Origin: Podarcis vaucheri
Taxonomy: Eukaryota
DNA: 64,000 bases
Direction: 5' to 3' (one strand)
Assembly: GCA_965113315.1 (NCBI GenBank)
Contig: OZ220368.1
The notes under the pieces were generated by a model that was not told the origin of the DNA, did no database searches, and worked only from the letters and a program-made list of their open reading frames with translations. The translations under genes were made by a program, and so were the position numbers. Below are positions 11,445 to 23,301 of this stretch, one piece after another (position 1 is the stretch's first letter; the number at the start of each line of letters is the position of its first letter).

Positions 11445-12480
11445 TAGTGTCTTAAAGTAACTAACCCACCTTTAACTCGCCCCCCTCTAGTACTTAAAAG
11501 ACCTGGGAGGGAGAACGCAGAAAAACCATTTAACTCCACTACACTTGTGCTCCAGGTCTCCTGGAGAAACACAATGTCATGTCTCTGGATATATTTAGCA
11601 AAGGATTGGTCAGAACGCCTCTTTTGCCAGCCTGCAATATTCCAAGTTAGCAAGGCAAGGTTGCACGTTGTCTTGCCAAAAATTGGTCTTAGTCAATTTG
11701 CCTTTGAAAGATTTTTTGGGCCTATCTTTTTATCTGTTAGTTGGATTTCATTCATTTTGGCAATGTCCATAGATGTATTATCGCCCAGGTACTCAATGGA
11801 ATCAGTTGAAGGGTGCAGCGTGCTAACGTTAGTGATCAGTACTCCTTTTTTTGGCGAGTCTTACAGTATAAATAAACTTGGAATGGCCAATTGTTGCCAT
11901 ATTGTTCCTGGGAGTGGTGTCTCTATGCAGCAGTTAATATTGCTTACTCTGACATACAACAGAAGTAGCAGACTGTGTGAAAATAACAGTGGGTGTGTTT
12001 CTTACCTCTTACTGGAAATAAAAAGCTTGGCAGGAGAATCTAAAGTTTAGACGGCAGCAGCAGGCTGTGATAGAGAGGTGGAGCTACTGCCATATCTCTA
12101 GCCTGGTTGCTCATACTGGCCAGGTTGGAAGGTGGAGGTGCATGGGAATTGTTGTGTCAGCCTGGAACTGGCCTGGATATGGCCCAGTGCTGGTAAATTA
12201 TAGCAGGAGGGCCAGCTTGAGCTCTAGCAGATCCAGGGCTAGCTCAGCCTACCCCCAAAACACCATATTTTGGAGCTTTCTGAAGGCTACCACTGTTGAG
12301 GATCCTGCTGCCTGTACATCTCCTGCACGTTCAGTGGGTGCAATGAGAGTTCTGCGCCAGTGGACGGACACTTTTACCCAGTTACATGGAGGGGCATTGG
12401 AAAGGGGGTTTCAATTGCAGCCAAAGATTTTGTCACCAGAGGTCAGAGACTGTTTTCTTACCCTGCCATGTTACAGAACG
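11445..12480 (-). mobile_element. Fragment of a non-LTR retrotransposon: putative ORF1 end plus start of APE endonuclease
   Basis: Minus-strand LLTWNIAGW...HDIVFLQETW...LNGF...GRVKGGL are APE endonuclease N-terminal motifs (11444-11653). The upstream boundary near 12480 is a guess. Confidence 0.7.
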
Positions 12481-12706
12481 TAAAATTGTTGTACTAGATC
12501 ATTTTATATTTTATCTCTTATGTTTACATTTTGCCCTTAGATTATAAGATGCAGGGCAGCATAAAACTATACTAAATAAATAAAAATGAATAAACATACA
12601 AAAGATAGCTGTTACAGCTGGTCCTGCCATTGCTTGAAGCAAGCTGCGGGGTCAGATTATTCTTACTGTGTTTGTATTTATTTCTGATGTTTTCCTTTTG
12701 TGAAAG

Positions 12707-12831
12707 GATGAAGAAAGAAGAAGATGGCCTGACGATATATGGAGTGGCTGAAAAAGATCAAGGATATTACACGTGCGTTGCCAGCACTGAACTAGATCGA
12801 GACACTGCCAGAGCCCATCTCACTGTTCTGG
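12707..12831 (+). CDS. NFASC: Neurofascin exon, Ig6 second half ([41 protein letters not shown])
   Basis: gaaag| ... |gtaact; 125 nt. Confidence 0.96.
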
Positions 12832-13557
12832 GTAACTTGATATTCCTTTTAAGTTTACAGAGCTTGAGACGAGGTCCACGGGGGGACTGACAGCTTATTT
12901 TGACAGATTTTAATACCTGTTCTCCTGTGTTGTAGAGTAACACGTACAGGGTACCATGTGCAATGGTCATGAAACAAATAACAAATTCATTTGAATTTGG
13001 AATGTTATTCTTAACAATTTCTAACACCCCATATTTTCTTTAAAGTAAAAGGTTACCCAAAAAGGTTTCAGTGGCCTTTCTGAACCGATATCTGAAGATT
13101 AACCAGGGCACCTTGCTAATTGTAGCTAATTTTCATGAGGATTTTTAAAAAAAAGAGTCACAAAGTGCTGCAGAAATGTGGGAAACTGAATTTAAAATTG
13201 GAAAGATGAGAAACTGAGGGTAATGAAATGGACAGATCCTTCCATTCCTTGTTGCAAGTGACCAGGCAGGGCTCACAGGACTTTGGTTAATCTGAAGTCA
13301 ATGAAGTACACTTGAGTTTTGTCCAGATGTTGAAGTACCTGACACCTAAGCAAACATTTTGAACCACTCTGCATCTTTTGTGTTTCGGTCTTGTCTGTGA
13401 GCTAGTTTGGGAAAGACTGAAGGTAACTGGAATACATTTAGGAGCATAGCAGTGGTGCTGGTAGGGCCTGACTTCCAAGAAAAGTCAGTGAAGGCTGGTA
13501 CTCTGGTCCTTGAGGTCAGTGGTGCTGATAGGGCTGGACCATGGGACACAACTGCAA

Positions 13558-13740
13558 GAGGAAGGACCGTAGCTCAATTGTAGAGCATCTGCTTTGCATA
13601 CAGAAGCTTCCAGGTTCAGTCACTGGCATCTCCAGGGAGTGACTCTTGCCAGAAACCCTGGAGAGCCATTGTGAGTCAGTGCAGACATAGCTGAGCTTGA
13701 TGGACCAATGGTCTGATTTAGGGTAAGGTAAATGCCCTGT
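13558..13740 (+). mobile_element. tRNA-derived squamate SINE (Squam2-like)
   Basis: A-box-like GTAGCTCAATTGTAGAGC, B-box-like GGTTCAGTCAC, tail GATGGACCAATGGTCTGA. Confidence 0.75.
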
Positions 13741-14546
13741 GCTCCCAAAGGGCACCACCATGGTAGTCCCTGACTCTTCTTTTTTGAAACCCTTACAGCA
13801 GGGTTTGGTGTACAGTTGCCTTTGGAGCAATGCTCTAGACAGTTGTACCCACCCAGGTGCCTCTGGTCTCCATGTGGGCTCCATAAACACTCTGAGAAAC
13901 TAAAAAGAAAGATAAAACTATCCAGAGCTTTGCTCTGAATGCAGCAGCTTGTTTGCTCTGCTGTTTTGTTTTGTTTTGTTTTGTGTTTTTTTAAGTGTTG
14001 ACTGCTTCCACCACCAAGAGGGAGGAAGTGCCACCACTAAGCAAACTTTTTTCCAAAATGTTATTTTAGAGATTGTCAGGTATGTTGGAACCAAAGCGTC
14101 CATCAACCCCCAATAAAATAGTTTTGAAAAAAGACTAGGAAAAGGAAACTTAATTTGCTTTCCTGCTGCTTGTTAAGGAATGGGGAGGATGAGTCCTTTT
14201 TACTTTTTATTTTTGTATTTGTGGGAGGATATCCATTCTTTCACCACCTTTTAAACTTTCATGGTTGTAGGAAGGTAACAGACAGGTTCCTTCATTTCCC
14301 CATTCCTCCAAGCAAAAAAGAGAACTAGGGTTCTGTCCATTCCCTTCTCACCATTTAGAAGATGGGAAGCAACAAGGGCCTCCTGGTAGAGGAAGACAAA
14401 GTGTTTCAGTGGTGGAGGAGGGTCTGGAAGTCATCTTGCCCAGGGCTTCTTGAAACCTGGCACAGCCACTGCACATTGTATTCCTGCAACAAGTTGTGCT
14501 TAAGAATTGAACTAACCATCTAAATAGCTAATATCTATTTTTGCAG

Positions 14547-14582
14547 CTCCTTCTTCTGTTAACCGTATGACCCTACCCAAAG
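14547..14582 (+). CDS. NFASC: Neurofascin alternative 36-nt Ig6/FN1 linker exon (APSSVNRMTLPK)
   Basis: ttttgcag| ... AAAG|gtaatc; symmetric phase 1; equivalent to mammalian ADQATPTNRLAALPK (shared NR...LPK). Confidence 0.88.
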
Positions 14583-15459
14583 GTAATCACTACTGATCCA
14601 TTTACCACTTTGATTGTTATTAATTTTTACATTCTCTTACACTGTTGCTTGACCATTGCAATGACTTTGGTATGAAATTTAAGTGCCTCTGAAAGTTGGA
14701 TAACTTTGGCTGGCCCAAACCTCATGACAAATATCCCTGATAATTGGACCTCTTTGGGGTAGGGGATCGTGATTTCTATTACACAAATTGTTGTTGATGT
14801 TGCCCCCTACCGCAAAGGAAGAATATTTTAATCAGTTTGCATGGATGAATTTTGGGGGCTGATGCTAAAAGTGATGGGAGGTGTTTCTCACCCTCCTTTT
14901 TATTTTTGCAAGGTGACCTTTGCCCTTCATTGTATTTATGTTCCTTCTTTGTAAAGCTCTGTCTTTGCAAAGAATGTGGACTGTTAGGGCCCTCTTATGA
15001 AGAGGGCAGAGAAAAACAGAACCTTGGATAGTTCTAAGTGAGCCCTGTTGGCTGAAGTGCTCTCCTACCAAGGTAGCTTTAATGAAGATGTCCCAGCAGA
15101 GGCCAGAAGCCAACTGAAGGCTGGTAAGACCTGTTGCATGGTTGGTTCTACCTGTGTAGAGGAGCTGGCTGAGTTGTTAAAGGGCCTTCACTGATCTTGT
15201 AGCCTTTGACTTCTGCAAGGCTGATTCCTAATCTGAGTCCATCAATGGAGGCAGGGCTGTGTTCTGTGTCCAAAAGGTCCCCAAATGCAATACTGGCTAT
15301 TCTTCCTCTGAGGAAATGGCCTTAGTGGAGTTCTCTCTGCTTCATGCTGCAAGGTCCCAGAGTCAGTGGTCATGATACCCAAAGGTATTAAGCACCAGCT
15401 CTTGAGTGGACTAGCCCATGAGGGACACCTGCACCTTACATGCATTCTTTTGCCTGTAG

Positions 15460-15561
15460 CACGTCCTGAACGTCCTCGTGATCTCGAACTAACTGACCTC
15501 GCTGAAAGGAGTGTGCGGTTGACGTGGATTCCTGGCGACGACAACAACAGCCCTATCACAG
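15460..15561 (+). CDS. NFASC: Neurofascin exon, FN1 first part ([34 protein letters not shown])
   Basis: ctgtag| ... |gtcagc; 102 nt. Confidence 0.97.
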
Positions 15562-15696
15562 GTCAGCACTTGTTCCTCTACTTTGAAACCCTACAGGGGA
15601 ACAGTGTTGCTGCTTTGGTTTGGTTTCCTTTCTAAAAGTCAGCTGGCCAATAATTATGTCGCAACTTTAGCAAGCCTTCACACTCTGCTCTTCTAG

Positions 15697-15894
15697 ATTA
15701 CATTGTGGAATTTGAAGAGGATAGATTCCAGCCTGGAAGTTGGCACAACCATTCCCGTTACCCAGGAAGCGTGAACTCTGCCATCCTGCGCCTTGCACCC
15801 TACGTCAACTATCAGTTCCGAGTAATAGCTGTGAACGAAGTAGGAAGCAGTTACCCCAGCTTGCCTTCTGAGCGATACCATACAAATGGGGCAC
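15697..15894 (+). CDS. NFASC: Neurofascin exon, FN1 second part ([14 protein letters not shown]...[28 protein letters not shown])
   Basis: ttctag| ... |gtaagt; 198 nt. Confidence 0.97.
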
Positions 15895-16216
15895 GTAAGT
15901 GCTATTTGACTTGAGTGGGTGGGTATATTTGAAAGGAAAAGAACACCTACATAAAATTATGCAATTGTAATGTACGCAAGAACAAGGACAGATAAAAGAG
16001 AGAGACACTAAGAATGTGGATTGTGTCACACGTTACCTATTTAGCTAGCCCATATTTGTCACCATGTATGCTCATCAAGCAGTAGTGGCCAGTCTCAGTT
16101 CCCTGGAAAGTGTACCTGAGAAATATATGCATGCACCTGTTCGTCATGTTGTCCCATTACATTAGATTTAATGTGTGAACATAAAAACATTTTTGGTGCA
16201 TCTTATCCATATCATG

Positions 16217-16353
16217 TAGGGATAGGGAATCTGCAGCCATTCAGATGCTGCTAAGCTGCAACCTCCATCAGCCCTAGCCGGCATGACCAATAGTTAGGGA
16301 GGATGTGAGTCAAGTCCAACAATATCTGGAGGGCCACAGAATTCCCATCCCTG
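16217..16353. mobile_element. Palindromic hAT-type MITE, older copy
   Basis: Same CAGATG..CAACCTCCATCAGCCCTAG..CATCTGGAGGGCC-type family as 20298-20433. Confidence 0.65.
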
Positions 16354-17185
16354 GTGTAATGTACGAAGCAGCCCTGAGCTTTTTCTGAATCAACCAAGTA
16401 TCTTTAGGCTAATGGGCTTTTGTCAGAGATCCTAACAGATATGTACTGGCTTGGTATTTTAAGTTTAAGATTTTGGACTGTAGATGTGCATGGAGTGCAA
16501 GGAGAACCTCACAAATAAATACTTTTCTCAAATTAGGGAAGTGATGGGCTGGATTTTGATTTTTTTTGTACAAAACATCAAAGAAGGCATGTTTCTGTTG
16601 TAAGGACAAGGCTCTTGTGCATCTTAATTTACTCATAACCCTTTGTTTAAATATGTGGTGGGAAACATAACCTCATGGGCCATAAGCAGCCCTTGACCAA
16701 ATTCCATGCAGCCTCTACAGCTGATTAGTTCAGGCCAGTGTTAAGAGAAACACAGAAGGAGAGGGAGAGAAAGGGCAGCACACACAGAGTGAATTCTGTG
16801 TAGTGCTGTACACCGTAACCACATTCTCTCTAGCCTTACCAGCATCAGCCGCTGCTCCAGATTGACTTTTTTGAGGGGGTTGATGTCCCTTCATAGTTTC
16901 CCCATCTTTGTTTTAAGTGCTTTTTAAACAACTGACACCACCAGTGTCATAGTAACTTTAAAAGTTTGCTTTGCAAATAGCTTTTGTGGTACCATAGCAA
17001 TTGCATAGGTCTTTCCATTTCGCAGAGGCTTTATGTGGGTCTCCCCTTTGTGTTCTAGCCTTCCTATGTGGAAGGGAAAAAAAGATTATTCCTTTAGCAA
17101 TATTGCAGGGCATAGAAAAACTTGTGGTAGCTGTGTTGTAGCATTCAATGCTTTAAAACAAATTTCACGTTTTAATTTATTTCAG

Positions 17186-17256
17186 GTCCAGAAATTAACC
17201 CCACAGGAGTTAAAGGAGCAGGAACAGCCAAAAATAACATGGTGATATCCTGGACG
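17186..17256 (+). CDS. NFASC: Neurofascin exon, FN2 first part (RPEINPTGVKGAGTAKNNMVISWT)
   Basis: ttcag| ... |gtgagt; 71 nt, phase 1 to 0. Confidence 0.95.
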
Positions 17257-17623
17257 GTGAGTTAACATGGGGGCTATTGTTTATAGCACATTCTTTTCTT
17301 GCATACAAGGTTTGCATTCCATGGCCTTTGCTGCAATAAATTTTATCACAAGCTAAATAACTCTGCATGTGGTTTACAAAAATTCATTGACAGTAATGTA
17401 CAAAAAAAATTCAACACCTTCTAATACTTAAATGATGTTTGCAATGCCAAAATAATAATGGCATGCACAATCCAATATCTCAAAGCCAAACAGTCCAAAT
17501 ATTCCTGCAGCAAGTCCAAGAGAATAACTCTCCATGTGTGTATACTTGTTGCTGGTGCAATTCATGTAATTGGAAACTGTGCAGTTACCTGGATGCATTT
17601 TGCATTTGTTATCTCCAAAGTGA

Positions 17624-17670
<47 letters not shown>

Positions 17671-17720
17671 GAATTTATATACCGCCCTATACCCAGGGGT
17701 CTCAGGGCAGTTCATAGAAT
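17624..17720 (-). repeat. (TAT)n microsatellite forming the tail of an L2-like 3' end
   Basis: (TAT)n 17624-17670 followed by GAATTTATATACCGCCC...CTCAGGGCAGTTCA. Confidence 0.75.
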
Positions 17721-18072
17721 AATCTGCTGCAGTGAAAACAGAGTGTCCTGTGACACAGTAAATACTTAAGCTGCATATAAGCTTTTGTGGGCTAGAGTCC
17801 ATAAAGGGTAAGAGGAAAGCTCGAAAACACCCATACAGAGGGAGGGAGGGAGAATCTGCCAACGGAGGGCAACATTTCATGCATCTGATAAAGTAGATTC
17901 TAGCATATGAAAGCTTATGACACCATGGGCTTGTTAGTCCTGTTTTTAGATCCATCTATGATTCTGTATTCCCTGGCATCACAGAAACACTGTTCGGAGG
18001 CAGGGATAGCAGCTGGTGTTCAAAGTTAACAAGAGTAATAATGGATTTCTTAATTTTTGTGTATCCTTTAAG

Positions 18073-18301
18073 CCGCTAAATGCAACCCAAGTTTACGGCC
18101 CCAACCTCAAGTACATTGTGAAATGGAGAAGAAGAGACACTCGGGAGAGTTGGAACAACAGGACGGTAAAGGGTGACACTAACCAGTTCACTGTCACACA
18201 GACGCCCATCTATACACCCTACGAGATCAAAGTGCAGGCCAAAAACGACTATGGGGTTGCTATGGAACCTGAGACTGTCATTGGCTACTCGGGGGAAGAT
18301 T
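18073..18301 (+). CDS. NFASC: Neurofascin exon, FN2 second part ([21 protein letters not shown]...[12 protein letters not shown])
   Basis: ttaag| ... |gtgagt; 229 nt. Confidence 0.97.
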
Positions 18302-19612
18302 GTGAGTATTCTCATAGATGTAAAGAGTTTGGGGTACCAAAAAAGACTCCACCACTGGCGGTCTTGCAATCCAAGATCTTATGTGATGGGCTCCATTAAC
18401 AGGAGGCATTGAATTCCAGTGCCAGGCACTCTGGAGAATGAAACACTCATGTAGAAACTTCAGAGGTCTCTGGAGTGCCCCAACAGATCATTTAGCTTGC
18501 ATGCCCATGAACTTCAAATTAACTCATTTTTCTTGAAGATTTATATTTCCATCTCTTATTTATTTAAAACACACATATCTTCTTTATTTAAAGCATTCAT
18601 AGAATATTCAAGGCAAGCTAACAGCACACATGAAAAGCAACAAAACATGCCAACCATGAATAACACACTATATCAGAGGCAGAACAGCAGCAGACAATAT
18701 AGTTACTAGGCTGCCTCAGCATTTTGAGGTTAGAAAAAGATATTATTCCATCTTATGGGTCTAGAACAGACTCGGAGAGGTTATATGAACCAGCTGTAGC
18801 CAGCAGCTTCATTGTCTGTCTAATGAAGGTAAGTAAGTAAGTAGATAAACAACATTCATATGAATGGGGATATAAATAAAAAGTTACATGGATAAATACA
18901 AGAGAGTGTTGGATGTAAATTGTGGATACTTGGGCTCAAATCCGTATTCACTTTTACACTGATTTTATCAGGAGAGTTAAGTATAGGCTTAAACCTTTTC
19001 CATTACAATCACTGGAATATAGAAGTGCTTCATTCCACCTTTAAAAGGCATCCATCTTCCATAACTTTTACTCCTATTCACTTCATATTTTTATTGCTTC
19101 ACAGGAGGTTCATTCTTTTGCTGTGTTTTAAAAGGGATGAGGAAGCATTGATCATGTAGACTTAAATGATTCGGAGACTTCTGAACATTCATGCTGTTGG
19201 TGGAGGGAATAGGGACTGTTAACACACCATATGGTAGCAGTTTTATTCACAAACAAACCTACACGGGAGTCTTGGTCAATGGCCAGCATCATTTCTAAAG
19301 TCAGCTTGGAAACAGGTGTCTGCTTATCTGTACGGCAGTTCCAGACATGCTGAGAACCAATAGAATCTAGGATACAACCATGCAGTGAGCTCAGAGTTAC
19401 AGTGCTCGGATCATCAGCCTGGTGATCTCTGCCTGATTTTAGCTCCCACAGTTTATGATTCTTAAAGAAAGTTTCATGCTGGAATTATTCCCAATGTTCT
19501 CAGGAACATAAGAAATTCACCTGAGTCCTCAAACTAGAATCCCCTTTTATTATTCCATAACAAAATTCAGAAGTGACACATGAATCATATCCTCTGCTGC
19601 TATGTTCTGTAG

Positions 19613-19757
19613 CAGAGGTGGAGAATCTATGGTCTTCAGAATGTTGCTGGACTACAATTTGAATCCTTCAACATTGGTCATATGCTGGCTGGCTGGCTGG
19701 GGCTGATGGGAATTGGAGTCCAACAACATCTGGAAGGCCATAGATTCTCTCCCCCTG
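19613..19757. mobile_element. Palindromic hAT-type MITE, older copy
   Basis: Same family as 20298-20433. Confidence 0.6.
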
Positions 19758-20297
19758 TTCTGAAATCATATCCCAAAACAAACTCAATAGTCACCAAGTG
19801 AATTATGCCCTTCAGCAGCTGCCAGACAGGTCTACAAGGCACAAAAATGATTGCCAGGCATTGAAAATCTATATGTGATGTTCGTTTTGGTCATTGTGGT
19901 TCTCCAGCAATCCTCTTCAAGAATTGCTGAATAAGCCAACTCTCAAAAATATAATATTCATTTTGAATTAGCAGTGTAACACATGCCAAGGGCTCTGTCA
20001 GGTTACAAGGTTTAGAAGTAGATATCTAGTGATCAAAATCAGAAGGAAGTGGTTCTTTTTTAAATGGCAACCCAAGTTAAAGGGTGTTCAAATGCCTCCT
20101 GAAAATTGGGTGAGTAGGGAGGTCAGGTATATTCTACTATGTTCAACCAGGGCGTAAAGAGAGAGGGATCAATCTAGAATGCCCTGCTTGTCAAGTCAAT
20201 AAGTACAAACCTGGTTTATGAAGAAATCTCAGTTGATTTTAGGGATTGCCTCCTTACTGTGTCATGCCACAATCTTGTTAGCATCTTTACTCTAGGT

Positions 20298-20433
20298 CAG
20301 GCTTCCTCAACCTCGGCCCTCCAGATGTTTTTGGCCTACAACTCCCATGATCCCTAGCTAGCAGGACCAGTGGTCAGGGATTATGGGAATTGTAGTCTCA
20401 AAACATCTGGAGGGCCGAGGTTGAGGAAGCCTG
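20298..20433. mobile_element. Young palindromic hAT MITE with 8-bp TSD
   Basis: CAGGCTTCCTCAACCTCGGCCCTCCAGATGTTTT and its exact reverse complement at the other end; TSD CTCTAGGT at 20290-20297 and 20434-20441. Confidence 0.93.
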
Positions 20434-21226
20434 CTCTAGGTTCTTACAGGCCTTCTTGGTCAAAATCACCTTCTGGATTGTGTTCAGGAGGCTCTAGCAA
20501 AGCAAGGCAAATAATGGTGTCATACTCTTCCACACGCTCTTCTTAAAATGAATTTTTTCTGTGTAATTTTGTATAGATACAAATTAACAACGTAAAAAAT
20601 AGCTTGCAACAACAAAGAAATAGAAAGGCGAAGTAAGTGGGGGAGGGAAGAAGATGTGGTAGGAAAGGAGGGATGTAAGAAAGAAAAAGTGCTGCAATAC
20701 AATGGGAAGAAAAGGACTGTGGCAGAAAAGGACTGTGGCCGCTAAGTAACAGTTGCATGCAACTATGAATGACTTGTTTTTTTTCCAGGACCAAGGACAG
20801 CGTAGCCAGCCTCTCAAAAAGTGCTTGCTTATCAAAGCTTTATCAGCTTGAAAGATCATAGAATTCACTTCTATTCCTATTAATAAGTAGAGCAACCCTT
20901 CCAGGTTGTATGTAAGGTCACAGTGTGTAGGTGGGAGTGGGGAATCCATTTCAAAGTAAAATTTTGCTGCACTAGAAATCACAACTAGTTCACAAATGAA
21001 TGCTGTGTTAATTAATTAACCATCTGCAGTGGGGAAGGTGAGAAAATGGGTAAACTGATGCTGTTGATGATGTTTTCAGTTGTGCATATCCTTCATGGCT
21101 GCAGTTCACAAGGGGGCAGGGAGGGGGGAAGATGAAGAAATGCCATCATCCTCAGCTTAGTAGTCTGCAGAAAGAAATACAGCATGGTGTCTGGGTTTTC
21201 TTCCAATTAAAATGTAACTGTTCACT

Positions 21227-21451
21227 TAGGGTTGTCATACTTCAAAAAGTCAAAATCCAGGGGGGGCAAAATTGTTGAGTTTGTTGGGGTTTTTTAAAAT
21301 CTCCCCCCAAAAGTTGAAGTTTTTGAGCTATTTTTAAGGAAATTCACCACCACAAAAAGGGGGGGTTGCCATATACCCAGGTTTCCCCCCACATTTTTTC
21401 CGATTTTTGTAAATTCCGCCTGGACACTATTTCCCGGATATGGCAGCCCTA
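21227..21451. mobile_element. hAT-like MITE
   Basis: TIRs TAGGGTTGTCATA / TATGGCAGCCCTA; TSD TGTTCACT / TGTTCAAT with one mismatch. Confidence 0.8.
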
Positions 21452-23132
21452 TGTTCAATGCAAACTGAAGTACTGTTCTCAAACTATCCAGATACATTGT
21501 ATGTAAACTTGCATCCAGTCAGTTGCCTGGTATACTTTTTTCATTTTGTTTTGTCTTGTCTACGCTTTCTGCTATTATCTGTGCTCTACCCAGCCCTGGA
21601 GGAATGAGCAGTAAGAGCAAATCAGCTGTCCCCCACCACATGGTGTTCAGCCACAGGAAGCACTTTCCAGCAACAGCTGTTTCCCTCCTCATTGGCCTGC
21701 GCATCATATCCTGTCCCCAGGGAATGGGAAAATACATAAGCAGGTTTTTCCTCCCATCTGCTCTGTAGCCCAGCCAGCCTGCTTACCAGGAAGCCTCTCA
21801 TCCTGCTGGGGTAGCTTCCTTGCTGTTTAAAGAGGAAAGTGCTTTTTTAAAAAAGGAAATGAATAACAAGCAAGGCAATAAACTGCATTGGTATTTTGAA
21901 CAATAACAAGCTACAGTGGATGCAGTAACTGAACAAGTAGAATCTATTTTACCAATGAGATAAAGTAAAGAACTTTATAACTCCTGTAAGTAGTACAATG
22001 CAGGCATTTTCAAATTCTGATTGTAGATGACTAAGCAGTCAATAGGCCAAACGCTTCCCTGGAAACCTCTTTAATCACATACCGCCTTTTACTTAGGGCA
22101 GAGTGGTTGTGTGGGGTTTGTTTGTTTTTATGGCGCTGAGTGATATGAAACAAGCTTGGTTGTTCATGGCATGTATACTTTCCCACTGTTCTATTTTATA
22201 AACAGGTTTTGCAGGGGGGGCGGGTTTGGGATTGTTTAAAAAATCAGTAAAATCTGTTTGAACAGAAATGCCGAGAGAAGTAGCAAGTGTCTAAACCACT
22301 GGTACCCAACATGGTACCTTCCAGGTGTGTTATTGAACTGCATCGGCCCATTTCAGTGCTTTTAATGGTCAAGGGCTAAGGGAGATGCAACAACACATGG
22401 AGTCAAATATGTCTCTGTCAGGCCACCAACTCTCCTTAAAGCTATGGACAAAATGTTTCTGCACTTATTCCCTGCAACAGGAGTAACTTTTCTCTGGGTT
22501 AACAACTGCTGGATAAAGAAATTTACCTCATCAGTTCCTACGGAAATATTTGCCATATCAATATTTTGCAAATCTCTCTCAAAGAGACAGTTCTGAAGCT
22601 GAAATTTAAGACCTGCTGCTCGCCTGTGTTGTGAGGTGTTCTCCTCTTAAATAGGCATTCCTCCATCTGAAATTGCTTACTACTGCTTGTGGGGACTTTC
22701 AGTTGTAAATGATTTTATGGGTACAGCATGAACTTGATTTGTTGTGAATCAAACACCTCTGAATTTAAAAGGCATTTGTATAAATCTCTAGAGTTGGCAG
22801 TTTTCTGTTCGTCAGGTAAACTGTGAAAACCTATGAGGGCACTGTAACATTGTGAGTGCACTGGTGAGGTAGACAGAAAAGAGAAATGTGAGAAATATAG
22901 GAAACTGGCACCAGAGTAGAATGGATCCCTCCATCATGCAAACGCTTGTCAAAAATGTACACTTGAAATTGCTTTCTATCTCCACATGATGGCAGCAATG
23001 TTTAAGAGCAGCCTCCTGTTGACATGATTTTCTTTGGGTAAACCGCTGCAGCATCTAGGGAGGGAAATGGGGATTTTCTTCAAATTTCTGTGTATGCTTA
23101 ATATCTGCTTTGCTTTATTCTTGGCAACTTAG

Positions 23133-23248
23133 ATCCTAAGGCCGCTCCCACTGATATTAGACTCAAAGTTGTAAACAGCACAGCAATCAGCCTGCAATGG
23201 AGTAGAGTGTACCCGGAAACCATCCAGGGACAACTTAAGGAATACAGA
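23133..23248 (+). CDS. NFASC: Neurofascin alternative exon, FN3 first part (NF155-type; YPKAAPTDIRLKVVNSTAISLQWSRVYPETIQGQLKEYR)
   Basis: acttag| ... |gtgagc; 116 nt. Confidence 0.95.
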
Positions 23249-23274
23249 GTGAGCAAAACCAAAACCCAATCACA

Positions 23275-23301
23275 TTAATGTGGCTAACACCCAACACTAA
23301 T
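23275..23301 (+). promoter_or_regulatory. Putative Quaking (QKI) response element downstream of the first FN3 exon
   Basis: TAAT...CTAAC...ACTAAT cluster about 27-53 nt after the donor; QKI is known to promote NF155 exon inclusion in mouse. Confidence 0.6.

Noticed and set aside
11547-12483. Long + strand ORFs (167 and 138 aa)
   Set aside because: Antisense shadows over the putative LINE fragment; no recognisable protein.
13558-13640. tRNA-like A/B boxes
   Set aside because: Head of a tRNA-derived SINE; no complete cloverleaf.
17880-17945. Possible Penelope-like 3' remnant (GAAAGCTTATG...TTGTTAGTC)
   Set aside because: Too short and degraded to annotate confidently.
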